Below, piece after piece: positions 29,900 to 40,564 of a stretch of DNA of 64,000 nt (position 1 is its first letter; the number at the start of each line of letters is the position of its first letter). The stretch lies in the NCBI GenBank assembly GCA_030150505.1, contig JASLFS010000043.1, positions 2,573-66,572 on the forward strand. The letters run 5' to 3'. Below the pieces are notes generated by a model, which was given only the letters and a program-made list of their open reading frames with translations, was not told the origin of the DNA and did no database searches. This DNA is from Vitreoscilla sp. Lineage in GTDB: Bacteria; Pseudomonadota; Gammaproteobacteria; Burkholderiales; Neisseriaceae. Made by a program: the position numbers and the translations under genes.

Positions 29900-30595
29900 A
29901 TGGTTTTGAATCAAGTCAAACCGGTGGTATTTGTAACGGGAACAGATACCGAAATCGGAAAAACATATTGCAGTTGTTTATTGCTTGAAGCAGCAAAAAA
30001 GCAGGGTTTGAAAGCTTTGGGTTATAAGCCAGTGGCTTCAGGCAGCCTGTGGCAGAATAATCGCTATGAAAATGAAGATGCTTTGTCTTTGCAAGCAGCA
30101 TCTAGTTTGCAATTGCCTTATGAGTCACATAATCAATATAGTTTTGCAGAGGCGACAGCTCCTCATTTTTTAGTTGGGCAAGATGGTATTGATTTCGTGC
30201 GCTTAAGCCAAGGTTTAGAGCACCTAAAACAGCAAGCAGATTTTACTTTGGTTGAAGGTGCTGGCGGTTGGTACACACCTTTAGGAAAGGGAATTGATTT
30301 TGCTGACTGGGTTAAACAAGAGCAGTTGCCAGTTATTTTGATTGTTGGCATGAAGTTAGGTTCGATTAATCATGCACTTTTAACAGTAGAAGCAATTAAG
30401 CAAAGTGGGTTGCCATTATTGGGCTGGGTGGCTAATTTCGTGAATGCTCCTCATGCTCGTGATGAAGATTATTTACAAGCGTTACAAGAAAGAATGAATG
30501 CCCCATGTTTAGCTGTGGTGAAATATGGGGAAGAAAATCGGTTAGCAGCCATTGAACAATTACAGAAATCCTTAGCATCTTTCTTATCTAAATAA
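29900..30595 (+). CDS. bioD: Dethiobiotin synthetase
   Basis: P-loop FVTGTDTEIGKT and the VEGAGGW motif. Confidence 0.9.
   Translation: MVLNQVKPVVFVTGTDTEIGKTYCSCLLLEAAKKQGLKALGYKPVASGSLWQNNRYENEDALSLQAASSLQLPYESHNQYSFAEATAPHFLVGQDGIDFVRLSQGLEHLKQQADFTLVEGAGGWYTPLGKGIDFADWVKQEQLPVILIVGMKLGSINHALLTVEAIKQSGLPLLGWVANFVNAPHARDEDYLQALQERMNAPCLAVVKYGEENRLAAIEQLQKSLASFLSK
30037..30048 (-). repeat. DUS-like 12-mer AGGCTGCCTGAA (reverse orientation) inside bioD
   Basis: Exact match TTCAGGCAGCCT. Confidence 0.7.
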
Positions 30596-30620
30596 GATTT
30601 AATCTCATCTATGCATTGCA

Positions 30621-30651
30621 GGATGTAATGTTATATTGTAACATTGCATCC
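30621..30651. promoter_or_regulatory. Zur box (zinc-uptake repressor operator) upstream of znuCBA
   Basis: 31-bp near-perfect palindrome GGATGTAATGTTATATTGTAACATTGCATCC. Its core TGTTATATTGTAACA matches the Zur consensus TGTTAT-N3-ATAACA with one mismatch. It overlaps a possible promoter (TTGCAG at 30616-30621, 17-nt spacer, TAACAT at 30639-30644). Confidence 0.8.
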
Positions 30652-30698
30652 TTGTTAATGATTCCATACTCAAATAATGGTTTGAGTTTCTAAATTAA

Positions 30699-30815
30699 AT
30701 GAAAAATTCTTCTTCATTGTTATTGGCTAGTTTATGGTGGCGCCTTGGTTTGGTAGCGATTTTGGTGGCTATCATTTGGGGCTTATATGCTTGGGTATTA
30801 AATTATGTCGATTAA
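30699..30815 (+). CDS. Candidate 38-aa single-pass membrane peptide between the Zur box and znuC
   Basis: ATG at 30699 to TAA at 30813-30815 encodes MKNSSSLLLASLWWRLGLVAILVAIIWGLYAWVLNYVD, one clean TM helix. The stop overlaps the znuC start region (ATGTCGATTAA). It is below the ORF-track length cutoff and has a weak RBS. Confidence 0.35.
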   Translation: MKNSSSLLLASLWWRLGLVAILVAIIWGLYAWVLNYVD

Positions 30816-31536
30816 TATTGAAAATATTACAGTTAGCTATCAAAAGCATCCTGCAGTACATCATGTTTCCCATGTTTTTAATGAAGGGGAATCGTGGGCT
30901 ATTTTTGGTCCCAATGGTGCAGGGAAAAGTACATTATTAAAAGCAATTATGCAGTTACTACCAGTGGATACTGGAAAAGTTGTTTGGCAAGGCTTGGCGA
31001 GAAAAGACATTGCCTACTTGCCGCAGCAGTCAGAAATTGACCGTGACCAACCCATGACAGTTTTTGAATTGGTTGCGATGGGGCTTTGGTATGAGCTGGG
31101 CTTTTTTGGAGGCATTAATCGCAAACAAAAAGAGCGCATTGTTATTGCGCTTGAGCGAGTTGATATGCAAGGTTTTGAGAACCGAATGATTGGCGAGCTA
31201 TCAAATGGACAATTTCAGCGAGTATTGTTCGCCAGAATGTTGGTTCAGGAAGCCAAGTTTTTATTGTTAGATGAACCCTTTAATGCTGTGGATGCGGCAA
31301 CGACTGAAGCGCTTTTGCAAGTATTAAAGAATGCGATGGATGAAGGCAAAAGCATTGTTACTGTTTTGCATGATATTGAGCAAGTTAAAAAACACATTCC
31401 CAATGCTTTGTTATTGGCAAAAGAAAAAATTGCAGTTGGTGCCAGTGTCGATGTTCTAACCGCAGAAAACCTACAAATTGCTTTGCAAATGATGCAACCT
31501 CAACATACTTTAGCACCGTGGTGCGCAACGTCTTAA
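30805..31536 (+). CDS. znuC: Zinc ABC transporter ATP-binding protein
   Basis: Walker A GPNGAGKST, signature LSNGQFQR and Walker B LLLDEP, downstream of the Zur box. Confidence 0.88.
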   Translation: MSINIENITVSYQKHPAVHHVSHVFNEGESWAIFGPNGAGKSTLLKAIMQLLPVDTGKVVWQGLARKDIAYLPQQSEIDRDQPMTVFELVAMGLWYELGFFGGINRKQKERIVIALERVDMQGFENRMIGELSNGQFQRVLFARMLVQEAKFLLLDEPFNAVDAATTEALLQVLKNAMDEGKSIVTVLHDIEQVKKHIPNALLLAKEKIAVGASVDVLTAENLQIALQMMQPQHTLAPWCATS

Positions 31537-31550
31537 TGGATTAAATCAGG

Positions 31551-32423
31551 ATGTCTTTTTATCAATTATTAATGGAACCTTTTGTCGATTTTAGCTTCAT
31601 GCGCTTCGCATTGGTTTCTACCATTTTTTTATCACTCAGTGCTGCTCCCATTGGTGTTTTTTTGGTCATGAGAAGAATGAGTTTAATGGGTGATGCTTTA
31701 AGTCATGCCATTTTGCCAGGAGCGGCTATTGGCTATATGGTTGCTGGTTTAAGCATTCCAATGATGAGCCTTGGTGGGTTTATTGCTGGCGTTATTATGG
31801 CTGTTTTAGCCGGTTTAGCCAGTCGTTTTACCAATTTAAAAGAAGATGCCAATTTCGCTGGCTTTTACTTAATGAGCTTGGCTTTGGGTGTGTTATTGGT
31901 CAGCCGTTCTGGCAGCAGCATTGATTTATTGCACTTATTATTTGGTTCAGTGCTATCTGTCGATGAAACCTCATTAACCTTAATTGCCATCGTTGCTAGC
32001 TTAACATTGGTGCTATTGGCTGTGATGTATCGCCCTTTAATGCTAGAAAGTATTGACCCTGTTTTCTTGCGAGCAGTTAAAGGAAAGGGCAGTTTATGGC
32101 ATGTTTTATTCATGATGTTAGTGGTTATTAACTTGGTGGCTGGTTTTCAGGCATTGGGAACATTAATGGCCGTTGGTTTGATGATGTTGCCAGCAATTAG
32201 CGCTAAGCTTTGGGCTAAAAGCATGAGCATGATTTTGTTGATAAGCACTGCAATTGCCTTGTTGTGTAGCTGGGCGGGCTTGGTTTTGTCTTATTATATT
32301 GAAGTGCCATCTGGCCCTGCGATTATTATTTTATGCAGTTTTGTTTATTTAATATCTTTGATTTTTGGTGTGCATGGCGGCGTATTGGCCAAGTATTTAC
32401 GTGGAAAACATCGCTCAGCATAA
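31551..32423 (+). CDS. znuB: Zinc ABC transporter permease
   Basis: ABC-3 family multi-pass permease (MSLMGDALSHAILPG). Confidence 0.88.
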   Translation: MSFYQLLMEPFVDFSFMRFALVSTIFLSLSAAPIGVFLVMRRMSLMGDALSHAILPGAAIGYMVAGLSIPMMSLGGFIAGVIMAVLAGLASRFTNLKEDANFAGFYLMSLALGVLLVSRSGSSIDLLHLLFGSVLSVDETSLTLIAIVASLTLVLLAVMYRPLMLESIDPVFLRAVKGKGSLWHVLFMMLVVINLVAGFQALGTLMAVGLMMLPAISAKLWAKSMSMILLISTAIALLCSWAGLVLSYYIEVPSGPAIIILCSFVYLISLIFGVHGGVLAKYLRGKHRSA

Positions 32424-32444
32424 TGTAGAACTTAGGAGAAAAGC

Positions 32445-33338
32445 ATGAAGAAGTATTTGTTAGGCTTGTGGTTATTGCTATTGACGGGTTTATCAATGGC
32501 AGCGCCTGTGAAAGTTTTAGCCAGCTTTAGTATTTTGGGAAATGTGGCCACTGAAATTGGTGGAAATCGCGTGAATGTGACGGATTTAGTTGGCGCAGAT
32601 AAGGATGCCCATGGCTACCAACTTACACCAAATGATTTGAAAAAAATACGTGATTCTCAATTGGTTTTATTAAATGGCATGGGATTTGAGCCAGCGGATG
32701 TTACTCGAGCGATAGCACAAAGCAAGATTAAAGCCGTTGTTGTGACCAATGGCATTAAGGGTTTGGAAATGGATCATGATCACGACCATCATGGACATCA
32801 TCATCACAATCACGACAAAGATCCTCATGTTTGGAATGACCCAGTTTTAATGCAAATCTATGCTAAAAACATTGCCAATGCTTTGATTGCTGCTGATCCA
32901 ACAGGTAAAGCATATTATGAAGGTCGACTGAAAGCCTACCAAAAACAATTAAGCGATTTAAATACTTGGGCAGCAACGCAGTTTAATAGCATTCCTAAAG
33001 CACAGCGCAAAGTTTTAACATCGCATGATGCATTTGCTTATATGGCTCATCGCTACGGCATTAAATTTATTGCACCTCAAGGAGCAAGTGGCGATAGTGA
33101 GGCATCAGCAAAAACAGTTGCTAGCATTATTAAACAAGTGCGTGAGCAAAATGTTAAAGCTATTTTTCTTGAAAACATTAAAGATCCACGTTTAATGCAA
33201 CGAATTAGTAAAGAAACTGGCGTTGGGGTAAAAGGGAAATTGTATTCAGATGCTTTAAGTGCTGGAAATGGACCTGCCAATAGTTATATTAAAATGTACC
33301 GTTACAATGTTGGGCAAATGGTTTCCGCAATGAAATAA
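32445..33338 (+). CDS. znuA: Zinc ABC transporter periplasmic binding protein
   Basis: Signal peptide, cluster-9 SBP fold and a His/Asp-rich loop DHDHDHHGHHHHNHDKDPH characteristic of ZnuA. Confidence 0.88.
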   Translation: MKKYLLGLWLLLLTGLSMAAPVKVLASFSILGNVATEIGGNRVNVTDLVGADKDAHGYQLTPNDLKKIRDSQLVLLNGMGFEPADVTRAIAQSKIKAVVVTNGIKGLEMDHDHDHHGHHHHNHDKDPHVWNDPVLMQIYAKNIANALIAADPTGKAYYEGRLKAYQKQLSDLNTWAATQFNSIPKAQRKVLTSHDAFAYMAHRYGIKFIAPQGASGDSEASAKTVASIIKQVREQNVKAIFLENIKDPRLMQRISKETGVGVKGKLYSDALSAGNGPANSYIKMYRYNVGQMVSAMK

Positions 33339-33351
33339 AGATTTTAGTGAT

Positions 33352-33380
33352 AAAAAAACCTGCATTTAGCAGGTTTTTTT
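33352..33380. terminator. Bidirectional terminator between znuA and convergent glnD
   Basis: AAAAAAACCTGC / GCAGGTTTTTTT stem with a 5-nt loop. Confidence 0.85.
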
Positions 33381-35943
33381 ATGCATACAATGTTTGTGTG
33401 AGTGCTTCTTTTAAAGCCAGTTGTGTATGAGTATTGAGTAGCGTTGGTGATGAAATTAAAAAGCTATCTTCAACACGCTCATCCATGGTGGTGATTTTTG
33501 CATGGTGTAAATGAATGTTGAATTCCGATAAAATTTTAGCAATGTTTGCCAGCAGCCCCAAACGGTTGTAAGTAATGATATTAAGGGTGAATAACGGCTC
33601 GATTTCCTCTTGAATTAACTCAATGTGGGTTGAGAGCGGAAGGTGTTTTAAGCGCCGACTTTTGGGTTTTGCTATGGATGCAATGTTGAATTGCTCAGGA
33701 TGCATAGCGAAATGTCGTAAGGTTTTCTCCAGTTTTTTGAGTAATTTTTCACCTTGGTCATACAATAAATAGTCGGGAATATGCAATGTAAACGTATCCA
33801 AGACAAAATGGTGGTCGGTTACAAAAGCTTTGGCTGCAAGAATGTCTAATTGGTATGAGCTGAAAATGTGGCACATTTTTGCAAATAAATGTTCATTGTT
33901 GGGCATGAAAACCATCACTTGTAAAAACTGGCTATGTGGCATAAAGCGAGTAGCAATTGTTGGTTCTTGCATCTCTGTTGCAATGGTTTTCAGGTGCCAA
34001 ACAATATCCCGTTTTTCATAACGAGAAAAATAGGCTTGCCCTAAATCCTGAATGGTTTTTCTTTGTTGTGCTTCAGATAATCCCATTTTTTGCATGCTTA
34101 GCATAGCAATATCATGTCGTTGACTAATCAATGACATGGGTGAATCTGTTTTGCCTTGTAAAAATAACATGCTGCTATGAAATAAATCATCGATTAAATT
34201 CGCTTTCCAGCTATTCCATATTTTAGGGTTGGTACCACGAATATCAGCAATGGTTAGCAAATATAGCGCAATTAAGCGCTCAGGGGTTTGGATGGTTTGG
34301 CAGAAGCTTTGAATAACCAGAGGATCACGAATGTCTTCTTTTTGTGCGGTTTGGGAAAGCAATAAGTGGTTCTCTACTAAAAAGCACAGCAAGTGGGTTT
34401 CTTCATGGCTCAGAAAATGGTCTTTTGCAAAAGATTTAGCATCTTGAATGCCTTCTTGTGAGTGATTGCCTTGTCTGCCTTTGGCAATATCATGAAAAAA
34501 TGCTGCCAAATACAGTATAAAAGGTTTATTAAATTGCTGAATAAGGTTCGATGCCACTGGAAATTCATGGCTGTGAGCATCAATGGCAAAGCGGCGCATA
34601 TTGCGAACAACCATTAAAATGTGCTCGTCAACAGGATAAACATGAAATAAATCATGTTGCATATGCCCAACTATGCGCCCCCAGTTGGGGAGGTATTTGC
34701 CCAATAGTCCATATAAATTTAAGCGGCGAAGTGTGTGGGTTAAGCCATTTCCTCTTTTAAAAAACTCAATAAATCTTTGTCTATTAATGGGGTTTTGATA
34801 AAAAGAATGGTTAATTTGTTGTCCTGCTAACCACCATGCACGCAGAGTTTTTGGGGCTAAGTGATTAATGTCATTGTGGTGTTGCATGACTTCGATAATG
34901 CGAAAAATCTGTTCAGGTTGTTCTTTGAATAGATTCAGATTTTTAACCGCAATGGTGTTTCTAACTTGATAAAAATTATCATCGATATTTTGTGTAAATT
35001 TTGGCCAGTTGGAATAAACCCGTTCTTTTAACATGGGCAGTAAAATATGGTTGAGCTGTTTAACATTCTTGCTGGCTCGGTAGAATGTCTTCATGAGTTT
35101 TTCACTGCGGATTTGTTGGTTATCGTCTTCTAGGTTGAGCGATAGCGCTACTTGGTTTTGTAAGTCGAATAGCAAGCGGTTTTCATTTCTGTGGCTGGCT
35201 AAATGTAATTCAATGCGTATTTTGGCCAATTGTTTGTGGCTGTATAACAGTAAGCCAGCTTCCGTTTTGGTTAAAATATTTTTACGCATGAGGCGTTGAA
35301 AATGAGCAGGTAAACCTTGTACTTTTGCTAGCCACATCATGGTATGTAAATCCCGCAATCCACCTGTACAGGTTTTAATGTTGGGTTCTAATAAGCTAGT
35401 GGCATTGGTATTTTTGGTGTGGCGGTTATATTGTTCTTGAAGCTTGCCATCAATAAAATTCGCTAGGTTGCGTTTTTCATGGCGAGTTTGTAACAGCTGT
35501 TGTGCGATTGATTTTGTGCCCGTGATTAATCTGGACTCTAGCAATGCAGTATCAAATTCTAAGTTCTCTTCGGCTAGTTGTAATAATTCATTAATGGAAC
35601 CAATTTGAACAGATGGGGTTAAGCCAATATCCCATAATAATTGTATGAATTGAGCACATTGTTCTTGTTGTGCACTATTTAAAGAATTTTCACCAACCAA
35701 GGCAATGTCGATATCAGAATAAGGATAAATCTCGGCTCGCCCAAATCCACCAATGGCCAATAATGCAATATTTTGTGGCAAATTTAAGTGCATCCATAAT
35801 TGCGATAGCAAGCTTTGTAAGGCATCATCCCATGCTTTAAAAAAAGCATGAGGGGAATAATTCTTACGATATTGGTTTTCTGCGTAGGAACGAGATGTTT
35901 GTAAGATATCGCTGTATTGTGTGGTCAAGTTATGATTGTGCAT
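33379..35943 (-). CDS. glnD: PII uridylyltransferase/uridylyl-removing enzyme
   Basis: Nucleotidyltransferase (GGFGRAEIYPYSDIDI), HD domain (FHDIAKG) and two C-terminal ACT domains. The start is uncertain between in-frame ATGs at 35943, 35955 and 35994. It overlaps the cca stop. Confidence 0.9.
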   Translation of the reverse strand: MHNHNLTTQYSDILQTSRSYAENQYRKNYSPHAFFKAWDDALQSLLSQLWMHLNLPQNIALLAIGGFGRAEIYPYSDIDIALVGENSLNSAQQEQCAQFIQLLWDIGLTPSVQIGSINELLQLAEENLEFDTALLESRLITGTKSIAQQLLQTRHEKRNLANFIDGKLQEQYNRHTKNTNATSLLEPNIKTCTGGLRDLHTMMWLAKVQGLPAHFQRLMRKNILTKTEAGLLLYSHKQLAKIRIELHLASHRNENRLLFDLQNQVALSLNLEDDNQQIRSEKLMKTFYRASKNVKQLNHILLPMLKERVYSNWPKFTQNIDDNFYQVRNTIAVKNLNLFKEQPEQIFRIIEVMQHHNDINHLAPKTLRAWWLAGQQINHSFYQNPINRQRFIEFFKRGNGLTHTLRRLNLYGLLGKYLPNWGRIVGHMQHDLFHVYPVDEHILMVVRNMRRFAIDAHSHEFPVASNLIQQFNKPFILYLAAFFHDIAKGRQGNHSQEGIQDAKSFAKDHFLSHEETHLLCFLVENHLLLSQTAQKEDIRDPLVIQSFCQTIQTPERLIALYLLTIADIRGTNPKIWNSWKANLIDDLFHSSMLFLQGKTDSPMSLISQRHDIAMLSMQKMGLSEAQQRKTIQDLGQAYFSRYEKRDIVWHLKTIATEMQEPTIATRFMPHSQFLQVMVFMPNNEHLFAKMCHIFSSYQLDILAAKAFVTDHHFVLDTFTLHIPDYLLYDQGEKLLKKLEKTLRHFAMHPEQFNIASIAKPKSRRLKHLPLSTHIELIQEEIEPLFTLNIITYNRLGLLANIAKILSEFNIHLHHAKITTMDERVEDSFLISSPTLLNTHTQLALKEALTQTLYA

Positions 35944-37177
35944 GGGATTCTTCATGTTTTCTAAGCCAATTGGCTTTTGCATCTTGAATGGCAAGTATTC
36001 TGGCTTGATTAATTTTTTCTGGTATTTCCTTAGGCGAGCTAGATTGCTCTATGCAAGATTGTATGTTGATCGATTGTGCAGCATGTAGAATGGCTTGCCA
36101 AAATTGATGTTGAGGATAGGGCGATTGGCTAGAATGTAAACGACCTTGTGCATCTGCTTGGCATACGTTGAGCAATTGATTAAATCGTTCAGGCTGCCTG
36201 AAAGCATCACAGGATTGCAAAATTTTTAGTAAAGTTTTCGGTCTAAGTTCCCATGATGAATGAATCAATATATGGTATTCGGTTGTTAATTCAGCTAGTT
36301 TTGCAGCATGTTTAGGAACACGAAGGCGTTGGTTAACGGCTTTAACTGGTTTAATACCCGCTTTATCGTGCCCAAAATGCCTAGGCAAAATATTTTTAGG
36401 TGTTTTTGCTTTGCCCAAATCATGCACTAAAGCAGCATAGCGCTCATCAAGTGATAAATTCATCTGAACCGATTGATCTAAAACCAATAAAGTATGAATG
36501 CCGCTGTCAATCTCAGGATGGTAATCACTTCGTTGAGGGATGCCAAATAAAGCATCTAGCTCAGGCAATATTTTTTCTAATGCGCCGCATTCCAATAACG
36601 TGGTAATCATGATACTAGGGTGTTTTTCTAAAAGCCCTTTGCGAAATTCTTGCCAAATTCTTTCTGGTACTAACGCATCAACCTCTCCAGATTGAACCAT
36701 GGTTTTCATTAACGACATGGTTTCGGGCGCAATGGTAAATTGGTAACGTGCTGCAAAACGGGCAATGCGTAAAATACGGACAGGATCCTCAGCAAAAGCA
36801 GCACTAACATGGCGTAAAATGCCTTGTTTTAAATCTTTTTGACCACCAAAAGGGTCGATAATATCGCCATTCTCATTTTGCGCCATGGCATTGATGGTTA
36901 AATCCCTGCGCATTAAATCTTCTTCCAAAGTGACACTTTTCGAAGCATCAACAATAAATCCTTTATACCCAGCTGCTGTTTTTCTTTCAGTTCTTGCTAA
37001 GGCATATTCTTCTTTTGTTTTTGGATGTAAAAAGACAGGAAAATCTTGCCCAACAGCTTGATAGCCTAAGGACAATAAATGCTCAGGTTGCGCACCAACA
37101 ACAACCCAATCTTTATCATGGGTCTGGAAACCCAATAATTGATCTCTCACAGCACCACCAACCAAATACACTTGCAT
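35930..37177 (-). CDS. cca: Multifunctional CCA-adding enzyme (tRNA nucleotidyltransferase with HD domain)
   Basis: The N-terminus MQVYLVGGAVRDQLLG, the RDLTINA motif and the HD domain HDLGK. The start is set at the ATG at 37177. Confidence 0.9.
   Translation of the reverse strand: MQVYLVGGAVRDQLLGFQTHDKDWVVVGAQPEHLLSLGYQAVGQDFPVFLHPKTKEEYALARTERKTAAGYKGFIVDASKSVTLEEDLMRRDLTINAMAQNENGDIIDPFGGQKDLKQGILRHVSAAFAEDPVRILRIARFAARYQFTIAPETMSLMKTMVQSGEVDALVPERIWQEFRKGLLEKHPSIMITTLLECGALEKILPELDALFGIPQRSDYHPEIDSGIHTLLVLDQSVQMNLSLDERYAALVHDLGKAKTPKNILPRHFGHDKAGIKPVKAVNQRLRVPKHAAKLAELTTEYHILIHSSWELRPKTLLKILQSCDAFRQPERFNQLLNVCQADAQGRLHSSQSPYPQHQFWQAILHAAQSINIQSCIEQSSSPKEIPEKINQARILAIQDAKANWLRKHEESHAQS
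36191..36202 (+). repeat. DUS-like 12-mer AGGCTGCCTGAA inside cca
   Basis: Exact match, embedded in the near-palindrome TTCAGGCTGCCTGAA. Confidence 0.7.
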
Positions 37178-37412
37178 AACATCAACCTTGAAAAACATTT
37201 CATCAATTGTAACAAGTTTCAGCAGTTTGATAATAGAGGTTAATTTGATTTGAGTTTATGCTAATAAATGGGTGAGGTTGGATAACTGCTGGTTGATGGC
37301 ATAAAGAAACTTTAGAACCTCATTATCCATTGGTTTGGGCAGATTCTGTAAGAATTACTGTTGAGAAGCTTGGTTATTTGATATTTTAAAATAGTCATTA
37401 AATAGATTTAAA

Positions 37413-37446
37413 TAAAAAAAGCCGTTATGCAAGATAACGGCTTTTG
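37413..37446 (-). terminator. Rho-independent terminator after trxB
   Basis: Stem AAGCCGTTAT / ATAACGGCTT. The minus-strand T-run corresponds to the plus-strand A-run at 37413-37419. Confidence 0.85.
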
Positions 37447-37462
37447 ATATCAATTCTAAACG

Positions 37463-38422
<960 letters not shown>

Positions 38423-38506
38423 TCATATTTTGGTGTTTTAATTTGTGTGAATATTTTACGTTATTGGCTTGGTTTGTCTAATTTAATAAAGTAATTTATT
38501 CATAGT

Positions 38507-39523
38507 TTACTTTGATAATTGATCATCTAACATTTGCCAGATACTTTCTGGCGTGAGTTTGTTTAGGCAATCAGTGTGCCCTAATGGGCATACTCGTTCA
38601 AAGCAAGGACTGCAGGGCAGGTGCAAGCTAGCAATGCTCGCCTCCGTTGATAGCGGCGGAGTATGATCAGGGCTTGATGAACCATAAATACTAATAATTG
38701 GTCGCTCTAAGGCCGCTGCAACGTGCATCAAACCAGAGTCATTACAAACAATAGCCTGTGTTAATGAAATTAAATCAATGGCTTGACCTAATTTTGTTTT
38801 GCCGCATAAATTGACAATGTGTTTTTTAGCATCGCCAATAATTTCGTCAGCAATCTCTGAATCTTTTTGAGAGCCAAATAACCAAACTTGCTTACCTGAT
38901 TCAATACAATATTGTGCTAATTTGGCAAAATGTTCCGCTGGCCAGCGTTTGGCAGGACCATATTCTGCACCAGGACAAAAACCAATAGCAGGGCGGTTTA
39001 AATCAAGATTTAAATCTTGCAATGCTTGCTGTTGATCTTCAGGATGGCTAATGAGTTTCGGAAAAGCTGCTGGGCGTGGTAATGGCGCATTTTTTGCATA
39101 AGCCAATGCTAAATACCGTTCAACCATCATGGGCAATTCTTGCTCATCAAGCACACGAATATCATTTAATAGACCATGACGAGATTCACCAATGAAGCCA
39201 GTTCTTTTGGGGATTTTAGAGAAAAAAGGTACCAAAGCCGACTTGAGAGAGCCCGGCAATACAATTACTTGGTCATAATGGTTTTTTCTTAATTCTCGCC
39301 CATTTTTGTACCGTTGCCATAGCTTCACTTCCCCGTGCCCAAAAGGATTGGTTAATAGATCATTGACTTCAGGCATGCGGTTATAAACCGCTTGTGACCA
39401 AGCAGGGGCATAGACATCAATTTGAACATTTGGATATTGAGCTTTTAGAGCACCAAGCATGGGTTGGGACATTACACAATCCCCAATCCATGATGGTGAA
39501 ATAATCAAAATTTTATTGATCAT
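38507..39523 (-). CDS. waaF: ADP-heptose:LPS heptosyltransferase II
   Basis: GT9 family with the typical N-terminus MINKILIISPSWIGD and the C-terminal motif NDSGLMHVAAAL. The start is set at the ATG at 39523. Confidence 0.85.
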   Translation of the reverse strand: MINKILIISPSWIGDCVMSQPMLGALKAQYPNVQIDVYAPAWSQAVYNRMPEVNDLLTNPFGHGEVKLWQRYKNGRELRKNHYDQVIVLPGSLKSALVPFFSKIPKRTGFIGESRHGLLNDIRVLDEQELPMMVERYLALAYAKNAPLPRPAAFPKLISHPEDQQQALQDLNLDLNRPAIGFCPGAEYGPAKRWPAEHFAKLAQYCIESGKQVWLFGSQKDSEIADEIIGDAKKHIVNLCGKTKLGQAIDLISLTQAIVCNDSGLMHVAAALERPIISIYGSSSPDHTPPLSTEASIASLHLPCSPCFERVCPLGHTDCLNKLTPESIWQMLDDQLSK

Positions 39524-39536
39524 ATTTGTCTGGTCA

Positions 39537-39734
39537 TTATTCTGCTGTATGGTGAGGAACTTCACCATCTAGGCGATAAGTTGCACCACAATAAGGGCAG
39601 CTAATTGTGCTATTTGACTGGATTGGCAAGAATACGCGTGGATGTTGATTCCACAATGGAGTTGCATCGGTTGGACAGTGCAAAGGTAAATCTGCAGGCG
39701 TAATAACGATTACATTATCTTGAGTTGTTGTCAT
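39537..39734 (-). CDS. Small zinc-finger (zf-CHCC-like) protein
   Basis: 65 aa with HCP...CPYCG metal-binding residues. It ends 13 nt upstream of the waaF start. Confidence 0.65.
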   Translation of the reverse strand: MTTTQDNVIVITPADLPLHCPTDATPLWNQHPRVFLPIQSNSTISCPYCGATYRLDGEVPHHTAE

Positions 39735-40159
39735 TGCTGTATTCCATGTAAAACGATAAGTATTGAAACAAGCCTTAATGAAGTGACTATAAGGCTGTCT
39801 TTTGAGCCCATTATAATGGAAATGTTCTTGAGATATAAGTGAGGATATTGCTGTATTGATAAAATTGAACAGTAATCACATTAAAACTGCTTTTAATCAG
39901 CATATTGTTATTCATTATCTAGGTATTTAATGGCTTTAAATTGAATCATATACATTTATATAACAATATTATTTTGTGATTAGGATTTTTGATGGATTAT
40001 TTTTATCTGATAATCATATTTTGCCGTGTTTGACATCTGCTTAATAGAGATCAAATAACGATCATAAATTGTTTTTTCGTGATGATTACATACCATTTTT
40101 TGTACTTTTCAGCTAAACTATGGCGACTTAACAAATTACGATATAAAGGGGCGCTTGGC

Positions 40160-40504
40160 ATGAAGTACTTTTATAGGTTATTAAAGGTTATTATTTTATT
40201 GGCCTTATTGGTCATTGCCCTTAAAAATACACAATTAGTTGATTTTAACTGGGTTATTGGTGAGAAATTACAGTGGCCTTTAATTACATTATTGTTGATT
40301 TTCTTTGTAATTGGCACCGTATTTGGTATTTTCTCTATGCTTGGTCGAGTAATGTCATTGAGAAATGAGAATATTCGCTTGCGTCGTGAGTTAATTAAAA
40401 ACGCTAAAATTAAGCACGAAGAATTCGCTTCTTTACAAGATACAAAAGAAGATGGCTCAGAAAATGCCAATAAAAAAGCGACAACTCCCCCAATTCATCC
40501 TTAA
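40160..40504 (+). CDS. lapA: Lipopolysaccharide assembly protein A
   Basis: Two-TM DUF1049 protein resembling E. coli LapA/YciS. The ATG at 40160 is preceded by AAAGGGG. Conserved lapA-lapB-pyrF synteny. Confidence 0.7.
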   Translation: MKYFYRLLKVIILLALLVIALKNTQLVDFNWVIGEKLQWPLITLLLIFFVIGTVFGIFSMLGRVMSLRNENIRLRRELIKNAKIKHEEFASLQDTKEDGSENANKKATTPPIHP

Positions 40505-40564
40505 GAATAATATCTGACAATAATCAAGATTCGTTTATAAGTATAAGAAAGTTATTAATTAACA

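Noticed and set aside
30734-30940. 68-aa ORF overlapping the znuC start in another frame
   Set aside because: It overlaps the well-supported znuC N-terminus (Walker A region), and its composition is implausible. The shorter ORF at 30699-30815 is the better candidate in this spacer.
32770-32830. Repetitive CAT/CAC/GAT-rich stretch that looks like a simple-sequence repeat
   Set aside because: It is in frame within znuA and encodes the His/Asp-rich metal-binding loop typical of ZnuA. It is not a contingency-locus repeat.
37199-37412. Small minus-strand ORFs (24 and 28 codons) in the cca-trxB spacer
   Set aside because: They have no Shine-Dalgarno sequence and no recognisable features. Their length is within random expectation.
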